From Candidatus Campbellbacteria bacterium (lineage in GTDB: Bacteria; Patescibacteriota; Minisyncoccia; Phycocordibacterales; JAXHMZ01), in NCBI GenBank assembly GCA_034521025.1, contig JAXHMZ010000005.1, positions 126,796 to 190,795 on the forward strand: a stretch of 64,000 nt of DNA. Reading direction: 5' to 3'. Shown here piece after piece: positions 1 through 10,886 of the stretch. The translations under genes were made by a program, and so were the position numbers. The stretch's first letter is position 1; each line of letters opens with the position of its first letter. The notes below the pieces were generated by a model, which worked only from the letters and a program-made list of their open reading frames with translations, had not been told where the DNA came from and searched no databases.

Positions 1-407
1 TATCCACCTCAGAAGAACAAGCCGACAACACAGCCAGTGCAAAAAGGACGAGAAAGAAGAACGGAACGGTTTTGAAGCGTACATCGAACATTCGATCCTC
101 CTTGGATCTGAGCCGCATTCGGCCCCTAGACACTATTGATCTCACGATGAGATCAATCTATCCTGTTTTTACACTGAAAAACTTTTTCTGTCAATACTTC
201 GTAATGGTTTTGGTACATTTGGAGTGTTCTTATCGAGAAAGTAAAAAGAAACTTAAAAAAGCATTTGTTTTGATCCACAGTCGATTTAAAGAAAAAAATA
301 CGCTCTTGGGGCAACTACTACAATAACACTGGGCACTGTTCTCGCTTAAAGTAAATATTTTAAGCCGTGTATTCTCTGGTAAAGCACCAAAAGTCATTAC
401 CTAAGAC

Positions 408-845
408 ATGTGGGTACTCGAGTGGCACCTCGCTATGCCCCGTGATACCATGGAGGCGTTACTCATTAAGAATGATTTTATGAAAACGCTTTTTTTAGGG
501 AAGGGTCGCATCAATAGGATTACGTTTTTCGTCGGCATACTTGCTGTCGGCCTGCTCGGGTTCTTATATACGCAAAGTGCTTCAGGTACTTATAATTACG
601 GAAGTGGTGACATGATTGTACTTCTTCCGCTTCTTTTGTTGATTTACTTTACTATACGCCTTTGTGTATTACGTTTATATGACGCAAACCAAAGCCCCGG
701 CTGGAGTATACTTTTGATCTTTCCCCCTATTGCGCCTCTAGTGTTGTTGGTTCTTGCACTTCTTCCGGGAACAAAAGGAGCAAACGAAAATGGCCCCCGG
801 CCGTCGTCTGGTATTTCGATCTCTTCCAGGCATCAAAACAACTAG
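408..845 (+). CDS. DUF805-family inner-membrane protein. True start is probably an internal Met (MKTLFLGKGRINR...).
   Basis: GRINRITFF motif followed by hydrophobic helices, typical of DUF805/YhaH-like proteins. Confidence 0.45.
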   Translation: MWVLEWHLAMPRDTMEALLIKNDFMKTLFLGKGRINRITFFVGILAVGLLGFLYTQSASGTYNYGSGDMIVLLPLLLLIYFTIRLCVLRLYDANQSPGWSILLIFPPIAPLVLLVLALLPGTKGANENGPRPSSGISISSRHQNN

Positions 846-894
846 AACGAAAAACATTCTTAATTTTTTATAGACATGATATAGTACCCCCGCT

Positions 895-1425
895 ATGTCA
901 GGACATAACAAATGGTCAAAAATAAAACACAAAAAAGCGAGCAGTGACGCGCAGAAATCAAAAATATTTTCAAAGTACGCAAAGATGATAGACGTGGAAG
1001 CAAAAAAAGCCGGCGGAGACGTAAACTCCCCGGGACTAAAGGCTGTTATCGACAGCGCTAAAAAAGACAATATGCCGAACGAAAATATAGACAGAGCCAT
1101 AAAAAAAGCAACCGATCCAAATACGGCTGCTATGGAAGAGGTGGTATATGAAGCTTATGGCCCGGGCGGCGTAGCGATCATAATTACCGCGCTTACAGAC
1201 AACAGAAACCGTACCGCGGCTGAAATAAAGCACTTGCTCTCCAAAAACGGCCTCAGCCTAGCAGAGCCGGGCGCTGCCAGTTGGGCCTTCGCCAAAGAAG
1301 AGGGTGAATATATGCCCAATACGACAATAGATCTATCCGAGGAAGACGAAGAGAAACTGGAAGAAATAATTGATTCGCTAAACGAAAGCGAGGAGATAGA
1401 AGAGGTGTTTACAAACAGATCATAA
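895..1425 (+). CDS. yebC: YebC/PmpR-family DNA-binding regulator, short 176-aa form.
   Basis: N-terminus MSGHNKWSKIKHKKA... with ...AYGPGGVAIIITALTDNRNRTAAEIKH and a C-terminal ...EEIEEVFTN, matching YebC. It sits immediately upstream of ruvC, as in the classic yebC-ruvC arrangement. Confidence 0.75.
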   Translation: MSGHNKWSKIKHKKASSDAQKSKIFSKYAKMIDVEAKKAGGDVNSPGLKAVIDSAKKDNMPNENIDRAIKKATDPNTAAMEEVVYEAYGPGGVAIIITALTDNRNRTAAEIKHLLSKNGLSLAEPGAASWAFAKEEGEYMPNTTIDLSEEDEEKLEEIIDSLNESEEIEEVFTNRS

Positions 1426-1464
1426 GTCCCGAGAATAGAACTTTGCCCGTGCTATACTCTCAGC

Positions 1465-1962
1465 ATGAAAGTTATCTCAATTGATCCCGGGTACGATCGT
1501 CTGGGGGTCGCGGTGCTAGAAAAAACCGGATCAAGCAAAGAAGCTATACTTTTCTCTGAGTGTGTTCACAGTGACCGAGAGTCGTCTTTTGAGGAGCGAC
1601 TTTTTTCTATTGTCTCTACTTTCAAAGAAACGATAAACAAATTTTCTCCGGATGAATTAGCTATAGAAAAGCTTTTCTTTCAAAATAATCAAAAGACAGC
1701 AATGGATGTATCCAAAGTGATCGGGGCTTTAGAGTTTGTAGCTATGGAAAACAAAATGCCGGTTTTTGAATATACTCCTCTGCAGATCAAAACAGCCATA
1801 ACCGGCAACGGTCGATCTACAAAAACAGAAATGATGAAAATGATCCCGCTTATCATAGAAAACCCAAAGAATGGATCAGATAAAAAAATGCTTGATGACG
1901 AGTATGACGCTATAGCGGTGGGGCTAACCCACCTCGCTATAAAGAAAACTCGAGACCTTTAA
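1465..1962 (+). CDS. ruvC: Crossover junction endodeoxyribonuclease RuvC.
   Basis: MKVISIDPGYDRLGVAV N-terminus and ...ITGNGRSTKTEMMKMI motif. 165 aa. Located downstream of yebC. Confidence 0.7.
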   Translation: MKVISIDPGYDRLGVAVLEKTGSSKEAILFSECVHSDRESSFEERLFSIVSTFKETINKFSPDELAIEKLFFQNNQKTAMDVSKVIGALEFVAMENKMPVFEYTPLQIKTAITGNGRSTKTEMMKMIPLIIENPKNGSDKKMLDDEYDAIAVGLTHLAIKKTRDL

Positions 1963-2063
1963 ATAGGGCTGAAAAAATCTCTTGCAAAAAATTTTTCTTC
2001 TGTTACAACTAATGCAAAACTTGCCACAATTACTGAAAATTAGACATAAAAATTACGCGCTAT

Positions 2064-2273
2064 ATGAATTCATTTTCTACAAACCTTCCCTTTTTCTCAT
2101 TTGAAAACGAAGACGACGAAATTATGAATAACGAGAAAGCAGAAGAAAACGCCTTTGATAGAATGAATTTCAACGAAGATGATCTTGAGATGGAGTCCGA
2201 GGAAGACGAGGAAGATGCGTTCGAAGAGGAAGCCGGTGATCCGTGGGAATATGACGACAGAGACGATTTTTAA
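2064..2273 (+). CDS. Small, highly acidic hypothetical protein.
   Basis: ORF only. Asp/Glu-rich low-complexity composition. Confidence 0.25.
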   Translation: MNSFSTNLPFFSFENEDDEIMNNEKAEENAFDRMNFNEDDLEMESEEDEEDAFEEEAGDPWEYDDRDDF

Positions 2274-2329
2274 AAATTCGCCCTTTGGGGCGAATTTTTG
2301 TTTTGCGTACGATGTATTTATTTATCTCC

Positions 2330-3794
2330 TTACCTAGAAACAACCGCTTCAACAAATTTTCTTTTCCCGACCCTAAGCTTAAGGTCTTCTTCCACGGAAT
2401 AAAAAGGATCGGTTATTTTTTCTTCTGACGGCAGTTCTCTTATAGAGCCACTTTCTATTAGTCTCCTGAATTCAGATTTTGAAGCTACTACATTTCCGCG
2501 AACCAAAATATCGGAGAGAGGCTCTCCTTTTGAACCGAACACTTTGTCCATCTCCTCGGGCATTTCGTGCTGCTGGAAAGTATTTACAAACGCTTGTTCG
2601 GCTTTTTCTGCCGCTTCTTCTCCGTGATAAATTGAGACTATCTCTCTCGCTAGACGCATCTTGGCATCACGCGGATGCAGTGAGTCCTTCCTCTATGTCT
2701 TTTTCGATCTTTTCTACATCTCTAAGCGGAGTAAGAGCGGCCAGTCGGAAATAGTTACCAATTGAATGGTCTTTGATGGACATAACCTTGCCGTACATAT
2801 CGTTAGGAGCATCGGTGATACTGATGTAGTTGTCACTGCTTTTGCTCATTTTCTCTGAGCCGTCAGTGCCTTCTATAAGGTCAAAAGAAAGCACCGCTTG
2901 TGGGTCTGTCTTGTTCGCTCGCATTACATTGCGCCCTTGCAACATATTAAAGGTCTGATCTGTGCCCCCTATTTCCAAGTCACAGGAGCCGTATATCTTG
3001 GCGAGCATATACGAATCAATTCCCTGTAAAATAGGATACATCATCTCGTGCATATAGAGTTCTTCTCCGTCTTCTAAACGATTTTTGAACATATCCCGCT
3101 CTATGAGCTGAGCGTGGGTGGTGTGTTTTAGCGTCCAAAGAAAGCTTCTGAGTGTAATTGCGTAGATTTGCTCTTTCTTTAGATGCGTCTTCTGCATACG
3201 ACTCGATTCAAAATAGAGCGCTTTCCCGACAAAGGAGTTTGCCGGTATGTTTGCCGTTGCCTTTTTGCCTTCTATTGTCGTGTTCAATTTTACCCGAGAT
3301 TTTGGTGCAGCAGCTAGGTCTTCCGGAGAAAGAAACCAATCTGAGTTCCGAATCCAGGAAAAAGTTGTTTTGTCCAAAATCAGAATTTTACCGATCTGCT
3401 CCAGAAAGGTTTTCATATTGCTCTCCACTTCCTTTTGTTGTACTTCCGGACGAACCTTGTTTTTTCCTGTTGGGTCGCCTATTTGAGCGGTAAAGTCTCC
3501 AACTATGAAAACTACCTTGCAGCCGAGCTCTTGAAATTTGCGCAACTTACGGAGACCGACGGCGTGCCCCAGGTGAATATCCGGTCGAGTCGGATCAACT
3601 CCTAGCTTTACAACTATGTCTTTATCGTATTCTCCTTTAACTTTATCTGTAAGTTTTTGCTTGAACGATCCGTCCGGATCTATGAACGTTTCCACGCCCC
3701 TTGAGAGAACGGTCTCGATAGCGGCAAGTTTTCGTTCTATTTCTGTATTTTCTTCAGTCGCCATATATCCGACACTATAGCACAAAAATCGCAA
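2330..3794 (-). CDS. tyrS: Tyrosyl-tRNA synthetase, split into two ORFs (2667..3794 catalytic domain, 2330..2659 S4 domain) by an apparent +1 frameshift near 2665-2690.
   Basis: HLGH and KMSKS class-I motifs in the larger ORF. The smaller ORF holds the S4 domain (LSDILVRGNVVASKSEFRRLIESGSIR). The conserved HPRDAKMRLA motif reads through in the neighbouring frame. Confidence 0.85.
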
Positions 3795-3900
3795 TTCAAA
3801 ACAAATTTGAGCGGTATAAATAGATGTATTTCTATCGAGTAGCGTTGTGTTCGTGGTATTATTTAGTAATCTGTATAGAAAGTATCGTCTTTAATTTCTC

Positions 3901-6334
3901 ATGAGTAAAAAAAGGTTCAAAAAAAGGAATATTCTTATTGGCATTTTTGCCTTTGTAATGTTGGTTATATCCGGAGGTCTTCTCTGGGCGTCTACTCTTT
4001 CCATCCCTGACATTTCCGCCTTTGAAACCAGAAAGGTGGAAGAGTCTACAAAGATATACGATCGCACAGGCGAAGTGCTTCTTTATGACGCACACGCGAA
4101 TATCCGCCGCACGGTAATAGACTCTGATGAGATGTCAGACAACATCCGCGGGGCAACCTTAGCCATTGAAGATCAAGATTTCTATAATCACATTGGGATT
4201 GATTTTTCCGCTATTTTTCGCGCTACTTTCGCTAATATAAAAGCAGGCGAGTACGCTCAGGGTGGATCTACAATAACCCAGCAAGTTATCAAGAACTCTC
4301 TTTTAACAAACGAGAAGACCTTGTCCCGTAAAGTCAAGGAGTGGATACTGGCTATAAAGCTAGAGAATGAATACTCTAAGGACGAAATACTAACACTCTA
4401 TTTGAATGAGATACCCTACGGCGGAACGATCTATGGCGCAGAAGAAGCGGCCCAAGCGTTCTTTGATAAACCAGCTAAGGATCTTGGTATAGCTGAATCA
4501 GCTTATTTGGCCTCGCTTCCGCAAGCACCCACTTATTTTCTAAATAACCCCGAGAAACTAGAAGCTCGGAAAAACGCTGTGTTGTCAAAGATGTTGAAAG
4601 GTAACTACATTTCTAGAGAAGAATACGAGGAAGCAAAAGAGGAAGACGTGGACTTTAACGGAATTGCCGGAACTGGTATAAAAGCTCCGCATTTTGTTTT
4701 TTATATCCTAGAAAAACTAGAAACCGAATATGGTAAAGAATTAATACGCGAAGGCGGACTAGACATAATCACAACACTAGATTATGAACTACAGGAGAAA
4801 ATTCAGGAAAGAGTATATGAATACATAATAGACCACCAAGAACAGTTTGATATGGAAAACGCTTCTGTTGTGGTTACAGATCCAAATAGCGGAGAAATAA
4901 TAGTAATGGTTGGCTCGCGTAAATATGACGACGAAAACATAGACGGCGCCGTAAATGTCGCCACCCGCTCTCGCCAGCCCGGCTCTACTTTTAAGCCGTT
5001 TGCCTATGCTACTGCCTTTAAAAACGGATATACGCCTGAATCAGTAATATTTCAACCTGCGCACACAGTTTTCAACGAACTGTGAGCCGCACGAAACAAC
5101 AAGAAAAGAATCTCCTTGTTTTTCCCCCGAAAACTATAACTTTAGCTACCCCGGACCGGTAACTATGCGCCAAGCTCTAGCCGCCTCACAAAACATTCCG
5201 GCAGTAAAAACACTATATTTAGCCGGAGCACGTAATACCATCAAAACCGCCAACGATATGGGGATCTCTACTCTAAATAACGACGACGCGGATCTCTCGC
5301 TCGTTTTAGGATCCGGCGAGGTTAAACTTCTTGAAATGACAAACGCTTACGGAGTTTTCGCCAACGGAGGCATCTACTATGAACCAACCGGAATTTTAGA
5401 GATAGAAGATAGAAGTGGAGAAAAAATAGAAGAGTTTGAAAAAGACAGCAAACGAGTATTGCCCGAACAGAACGCTTTACAAATAACAGATATACTTTCT
5501 GACAGAGGCTTGCGTGTAGGAACCTTCGGACCTGGTACGGCTCTCGATATCCCGAATCCTAATATAGCGGTAAAAACCGGTACGACCAATAATTATCGAG
5601 ATGTCTGGACTATAGGATACAACACAGATATGTCACTCGGTATTTGGGGTGGTAACAACAACAACGATCCTATCGTGAGAAGAGTTTCCACTTATGTCAT
5701 TTCTCCTTTGTGGCGAGAAATTCTTGATATTGTAACTGAAAAGTACCCGGGTGAGACTTTCAGAGAACCAAATAAGGATTATTCAGATATCAATAAACCT
5801 ATATTGACCGGATCTTATACCGGAGGAATTATAAGCGGCGGAAGGATCATCGATCGCGGAGTACATTCCATTCTCCATTGGACAAACCCTTCTAATCCTC
5901 GCGGTCCGGTACCTTCTAACCCTAACTCGATCTCTCAATACAGCTACTGGGAATATCCGGTGAGCGTGTGGAGTAGAGGACAGATTATCGATACCGAAGA
6001 TGAGGAAATAGAAATTGAGGAAGATGAAAACGAAGAGGAGGAAGATGAAAATAATAGTAATGAAGACGTAGAAGCCAACTTCGAGGTTGAGGGACTTAAC
6101 AGCACTTATGATATAGGAGACGAAATGGAATTTGTCGTAGATTCAAGATCTGTTGATATAGAAAAAGCAGAAGCTGTTTTTGGAGAGGAGAGTAATGTGG
6201 ATTCTACAGAGGCTTTCAGATTCACCTTTGAAACTTATTATCTTGACGAGGGCGTTTACTCCCTAGAAATCACCGTGTACGACCACGACGATCAACAAAT
6301 AATGAGAAGTTTTGAAGTAGAAATAGAAGACTAG
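3901..6334 (+). CDS. Class-A penicillin-binding protein (PBP1A-type: TM anchor, GT51 transglycosylase, transpeptidase, acidic C-terminal extension). Split between the SxxK and SxN motifs by a frameshift in about 5050-5140.
   Basis: GT51 motifs (ATLAIEDQDFYNHIGID, GGSTITQQ). STFK (SxxK) lies in ORF 3901..5085. FSPENYNFSYPGPVTMRQALAASQNIPAV (SxN) and KTGTTNN (KTG) lie in ORF 5165..6334, and the SxN segment is readable upstream of its ATG in frame 2. Confidence 0.85.
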
Positions 6335-6588
6335 CGAATATCGTCTATTACGTGAGGTGAGATATTTTTAAGAAGCTCTTCAATGAGCTCTTTTTTATTG
6401 AATAAAATCTCGCTCTTAACAATAGAAGGACAATTAATATATACAATTCTTCCTCTTACCTTGACTTGCTCTCTTGAGATCTCGTAGGACAGTCTACTTT
6501 CCAAAAGACTGACCACAGAGTCACGTATTGCCATATTCGGCGGTGTGAGACGTTTATAGCGTGCCAGAAACGATGATATATCCTTCAT
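6331..6588 (-). CDS. DUF721/DciA-like small protein downstream of dnaN.
   Basis: 85 aa. Position after dnaN and an alternating hydrophobic pattern reminiscent of DUF721 (YaaB/DciA). A weak call. Confidence 0.4.
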   Translation of the reverse strand: MKDISSFLARYKRLTPPNMAIRDSVVSLLESRLSYEISREQVKVRGRIVYINCPSIVKSEILFNKKELIEELLKNISPHVIDDIR

Positions 6589-6598
6589 CTAAAGAGAG

Positions 6599-7696
6599 TT
6601 ATTTATTCATAGGCATTACAATATAGGTAAAGTCTTTCGAACCAACTCCACGAACCACAAGCGGCCGTGATACTCCATTAAAAAGCAATTCAACCGATTC
6701 TTCCGGAATCGCCTGAAAACTATCTGTGATGTATCTATAGTTAAAATTAACTGACAGCGGCTCTCCTTCAGCGGTAACATCCAACTCTGCTTTATTCTCC
6801 CCAACTTCGCTTGATCTGGTTTCGAGGATCATCAAGTTTTTCTCGGGATCTATGTCAAACGTCACTTGATTGGTTTTTCCGGAAAAAATAGTTGAAACCT
6901 TAAAGGCGTCAATTAAGTCTTGTTTTAGAACTGTAACTTTAGTCGAATACCCTTCCGGAATAATTTTTGCGTAGTCGGGAAATACTCCATCAACTATTCG
7001 TGATGTTATATAAAAGGAATTATCTACAATAGCTATCTGATTATCTCCGAAGATCATTTCAACTTCACCGTCAACTCCCTCAAGGATCCTCTCTATTTCT
7101 AAAACATTTTTTTGCGGGACAAGCACCGGCTCTACAGAGTGAGCTTCTTTTTCGGATAATTTCTTCTCCGCTAAACGAAAAGAATCTGTCGCAACGAAAA
7201 CTAAGTTATTGTCATCGGTACCTGATATATACACACTGGACAATTCAGGTTTAACAGAAGAAACGGAGGCGCTGTACACAACTGACTTTATTCCCGCGCG
7301 TAGTTTTTCAGCACTGAAATGAACAGAAGTTCCTTTTATTCTAGGTATAGTTGGAAACTCTGAGTGATCAAAGGTATTAAAAGTCGCGTGTTGTTTCTCT
7401 GAGGCAACCAGAAGGGTCTTGTCTTCGCTTTCCAGGGTAATACTTTTTCCACGAAGAGAAGAAACATAAGAGGCGAGAGATTGAGCTGAAATAGCCACGA
7501 CTCCTTCCTTTTCTACTTTAACCGGAAGGGAAATTTCAATTCCTAATTCTAGATTAGTACTTTTTACTAATAGAATCCCATCCTTAGCTTCAAGTAAAAC
7601 AGAAGACAGAATTGGAAGAGATGCATGCTTTCCTGCTATCCTTTCTGTTTTTCTTAATGCGTCGGCTAGTTTGGTTTGTACACATTCTATCTTCAT
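6599..7696 (-). CDS. dnaN: DNA polymerase III beta sliding clamp.
   Basis: 365 aa with the three-domain clamp pattern. Immediately downstream of dnaA on the same strand. Confidence 0.9.
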   Translation of the reverse strand: MKIECVQTKLADALRKTERIAGKHASLPILSSVLLEAKDGILLVKSTNLELGIEISLPVKVEKEGVVAISAQSLASYVSSLRGKSITLESEDKTLLVASEKQHATFNTFDHSEFPTIPRIKGTSVHFSAEKLRAGIKSVVYSASVSSVKPELSSVYISGTDDNNLVFVATDSFRLAEKKLSEKEAHSVEPVLVPQKNVLEIERILEGVDGEVEMIFGDNQIAIVDNSFYITSRIVDGVFPDYAKIIPEGYSTKVTVLKQDLIDAFKVSTIFSGKTNQVTFDIDPEKNLMILETRSSEVGENKAELDVTAEGEPLSVNFNYRYITDSFQAIPEESVELLFNGVSRPLVVRGVGSKDFTYIVMPMNK

Positions 7697-7941
7697 ATTT
7701 TTATCTTTATCTTATTGTTGGTATTAGGTCTGTGAAAATGTGGATACGAACTCTATTGTTGCTTTGTTTAGGTTTATTTTTGTTTCTGTAACTGTTGATC
7801 TAACTGTGAATATAAATGTGTATTGTGTATATCTATAGTGGAACTTTGTCCTATCCCCAATTACTAACAACTTTCTTTCAACATATTTTGGTCATATTTC
7901 CACATAGTTATACAAAGTTATAAACATAGATATGCACAAAC
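7697..7941. promoter_or_regulatory. AT-rich dnaA-dnaN spacer with DnaA-box-like 9-mers. Probably the second half of a bipartite oriC.
   Basis: TGTGGATAC at about 7737-7745 and ATTTCCACA at about 7894-7902, plus further 2-mismatch boxes and AT-rich runs. Confidence 0.45.
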
Positions 7942-9288
7942 CTAAAGCATAGCGCGTATCTGTGACAGTTCATTGTATATCTCGGAGTTATTCTTTAACT
8001 CCTCTCGCACTCTGTCACAGGAATGAATAACGGTTGTATGGTCTCGACCTCCCAACTTTTGTCCAATCAACGGAAAAGAAATTTTAAAATCCTCTCTTAA
8101 TATGAACATTATCATTTGCCTCGGTCGCACAACCTCCTTTTTCCGTGTTTTCTCAAAGATAACCTTTTCATCAATGTTATAGAATTCCGAAATCGTTTTT
8201 ATAACATCTTTGATAGCGATCTGTTTTCTCGGTTTAACCGAGGTCTTGGTTATGGATTGCAATTCGGAAATATCCAAGTCTCTACCCTTCATTTCCGCCT
8301 GCATAATGACGGTATTGAGTATACCTTCGAGATCTCTAACATTTCCCTCTACGGCAGAGGCAAGGTGTTCTACAGATTCTCGAGAAAGCGAAAAATTAGA
8401 ATGCTTTGCTTTGGCTGTGATTATCGCTACTCGAGAATCATGATCTGGAGGAGGAATGTCTACGATCATTCCCGCGCCAAAGCGCGACTTTAGACGCTCT
8501 TCAAGGTTTTGTATGTAGTTCGGATGTTTATCGCTGGAGAATACTATTTGCTTATTTGCGTCATAAAGGGCGTTGAAAAGGTGGAACAATTCTTCTTGAG
8601 TTTTGTCTTTGTTTGATAGGAATTGTATGTCGTCCATTATCAAGACATCGTAGTCTCTGTACTTTTCCTTGAATGCGTTTACACGATTGACCTGGATAGA
8701 GTTTAGAAAATCAACAGCAAACTTTTCACTGGTCAGGTAGTAACATTTCTTTCCCGAATAGAGCTCCTTCATCTTGTTACCGATCGCTTGTATCAAGTGA
8801 GTTTTGCCGTGCCCCGTGTTTCCGTATATAAAGAGTGGGTTGTATGTGGTGCCGGGTTTTTTAATAACCGCCTGAGCCGCGGCGTACGCCAGTTCATTGA
8901 AAGGACCAACCACAAAGGAATCAAAGTCGTACCGAGGATTCAGATTGTCCTCTTTGTTTATATAAACATCCTCAAACGGCAACTCCCCTCCCCTTGGCTG
9001 TTCGCGAAATGTTTTCTGCTTCTGTGTTCTTGCCGGCTTGCCTATTACATACTCTACGTTGCGAACTTCTCCAGCTCTGTCTCGTACCGCTTTAAGTATT
9101 GTTTTGTGATATTTGTTAAAGAGCCAGTCGCGGACAAATTGATTCGGTACAGAAATGTAGATTATTCCATCTTCGTGTTTTTGTATGTGGGTATCTTTAA
9201 ACCAAGTGTTAAACGTTGCGCTCGAAACAGATAGTTCTATCTCCACGAGCACGCTATCCCAGAGCTCTTTAATGTTCATAGCAGGCAA
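7942..9288 (-). CDS. dnaA: Chromosomal replication initiator DnaA.
   Basis: Walker A GNTGHGKTHL, an AAA+ core and a C-terminal DNA-binding domain (...IGQKLGGRDHTTVIHSCDRV...). Confidence 0.95.
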   Translation of the reverse strand: MPAMNIKELWDSVLVEIELSVSSATFNTWFKDTHIQKHEDGIIYISVPNQFVRDWLFNKYHKTILKAVRDRAGEVRNVEYVIGKPARTQKQKTFREQPRGGELPFEDVYINKEDNLNPRYDFDSFVVGPFNELAYAAAQAVIKKPGTTYNPLFIYGNTGHGKTHLIQAIGNKMKELYSGKKCYYLTSEKFAVDFLNSIQVNRVNAFKEKYRDYDVLIMDDIQFLSNKDKTQEELFHLFNALYDANKQIVFSSDKHPNYIQNLEERLKSRFGAGMIVDIPPPDHDSRVAIITAKAKHSNFSLSRESVEHLASAVEGNVRDLEGILNTVIMQAEMKGRDLDISELQSITKTSVKPRKQIAIKDVIKTISEFYNIDEKVIFEKTRKKEVVRPRQMIMFILREDFKISFPLIGQKLGGRDHTTVIHSCDRVREELKNNSEIYNELSQIRAML

Positions 9289-9500
9289 AAGGCGTTAACG
9301 GCTAATACTCATAGTATACAACTTGTGGATAAGATAAGAAAATGTGGCCCTGATAAGCCCACTGGAAGCCCTTATTTTTCTATTCGGTGATAATTTTGTG
9401 GAAAACCTGTGGATATCTCGTTGAAAAATGGGAAAATAGCACCAGCACGAGCCAAAACGATTGACTGTTTTAGCAAAGTGAGCTAACATTCCTTTCGTAA
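9289..9500. promoter_or_regulatory. oriC / dnaA promoter region with a DnaA-box cluster.
   Basis: TGTGGATAA (perfect reverse-complement of TTATCCACA) at 9324-9332, TGTGGAAAA at 9397-9405 and TGTGGATAT at 9408-9416, all in the same orientation, plus an AT-rich stretch. Lies between the divergent dnaA and rpmH genes. Confidence 0.65.
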
Positions 9501-9510
9501 AGCAAAATCT

Positions 9511-9645
9511 ATGTCAATAACTTATCAACCTAAGAAACGAAAAAGAAAGCGATCACACGGCTTTTTAGAGCGTATGCGAACTTCAGGAGGAAGGCGCTCT
9601 ATTCTTCGTCGCAGGCAAAAAGGCCGCAAGAAATTGTCGGTGTAG
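9511..9645 (+). CDS. rpmH: 50S ribosomal protein L34 (44 aa). Absent from the ORF track because it is short.
   Basis: Translation [44 protein letters not shown] matches the L34 consensus. Directly upstream of rnpA. Confidence 0.85.
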   Translation: MSITYQPKKRKRKRSHGFLERMRTSGGRRSILRRRQKGRKKLSV

Positions 9646-9728
9646 TAGCGCTTTAAATTTGTAATTCGAGAGACCCGCCAATTTCTAAAAGGTGGGTTTT
9701 TTGAATATACTCAACTATAATTGTTTTT

Positions 9729-10052
9729 ATGATACCCAAAGCAAAACGATTAACACGAAAAGAGTGCGATGCTCTTATAGAAGGAAGTTCGCAGGTTATA
9801 CACACACCTTCCCTGTTCGCGCGGTTTGTCACCTCCCGCGAATTCAAAGCGGCTGTGGCTGTTTCAAGAAAGGTTGCGAAAAAAGCCGTTGATCGCAACA
9901 AACTTCGCCGAATAGTATATGACGGATTTCAACACTGTGAAAACTTGAACAACTCCCTGGTTCATATTCTGGTTTCAGTTAAAAAGCAAGCAGTAAAAAA
10001 AGACAAAACAGAAATACAAAACGAAGTTATAGACCTTTGTCGCAAAATATAG
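9729..10052 (+). CDS. rnpA: Ribonuclease P protein component.
   Basis: 107-aa basic protein with RLTRKECDALI... and a KLRRIVYD-type motif. Canonical rpmH-rnpA-yidC order. Confidence 0.8.
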   Translation: MIPKAKRLTRKECDALIEGSSQVIHTPSLFARFVTSREFKAAVAVSRKVAKKAVDRNKLRRIVYDGFQHCENLNNSLVHILVSVKKQAVKKDKTEIQNEVIDLCRKI

Positions 10053-10098
10053 CCCTAAATTCTTGATATAGCCCTTTCTTCTGGTAGAATGGGTCAAT

Positions 10099-10881
10099 AT
10101 GTTAGGAGATTTTTTTCACGCGGTGCTGTACCAGCCGTTTTATAACGCCTTAGTTCTTTTAATTGAAGTTGTCCCCGCGGCTGACGTAGGGATAGCGGTG
10201 ATCATTCTCACTCTGGCCGTAAAATTCATAATACTTCCCCTTTCCATAAAAGCCACTCGAGCTCAGATCAAACTAAAAACCCTTGAGCCGAAAATAAAGG
10301 AAATTCAGGAGAAGTATAAAGACAATCGTGAAGAACAAGCCAAGGCAATGATGGGAGTATACAGCGAAGCCAAGGTAAACCCTTTCTCCGGCATATTTCT
10401 TCTTTTGGTACAGATGCCGATAATAATTGCTCTTTATTTTGTCTTTACTCGTGGCGGATTGCCCGAAATAGACCCGGAAGTTCTTTATTCGTTCGTGCCC
10501 ACACCTGATACCGTAAACATGCACTTTTTGGGAACATTTGACCTCTCCGAGAAAAGCGTAGTCCTTGCTCTGATAGCCGCGGGCACTCAATTCCTACAAT
10601 CGCACTTCTTGCTTTCAACCAAAAAGAACGAAGCAGAGAAAAATACTGACGATACAAAAGAGGGCCAGTCAGAGGAAAAAGAAGAAAAGCCAAAAGAACC
10701 CTCTTTCAAGGACGAACTTGCTAAAAGTATGAATCTACAAATGCGATTTGTTTTTCCTATTATTATAGGTTTTATCGCCTACTCTCTTTCCGGAGTTATC
10801 GCCATTTACTTCATAGTAAGCGGTGTTGTCTCTATCGCTCAAGAACTCTTCGTAAAAAGGCGACTTCGTGAAGAGTCCTAA
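10099..10881 (+). CDS. yidC: Membrane protein insertase YidC/Oxa1 family, short form.
   Basis: 260 aa with multiple TM helices and the conserved hydrophilic loop. Positioned after rnpA. Confidence 0.85.
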   Translation: MLGDFFHAVLYQPFYNALVLLIEVVPAADVGIAVIILTLAVKFIILPLSIKATRAQIKLKTLEPKIKEIQEKYKDNREEQAKAMMGVYSEAKVNPFSGIFLLLVQMPIIIALYFVFTRGGLPEIDPEVLYSFVPTPDTVNMHFLGTFDLSEKSVVLALIAAGTQFLQSHFLLSTKKNEAEKNTDDTKEGQSEEKEEKPKEPSFKDELAKSMNLQMRFVFPIIIGFIAYSLSGVIAIYFIVSGVVSIAQELFVKRRLREES

Positions 10882-10886
10882 ACTTT

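Noticed and set aside
3795-3900. T-box riboswitch upstream of tyrS.
   Set aside because: The intergenic leader is only about 105 nt, with no specifier or T-box stem-loop pattern. It is too short for a T-box.
8116-9234. ORFs 8116..8493, 8210..8443 and 8788..9234, antisense within dnaA. Also ORF 52424..52678, a basic ORF inside the nusA tail.
   Set aside because: They are fully embedded antisense or overlapping frames of strongly conserved genes and are produced by codon bias. Spurious.
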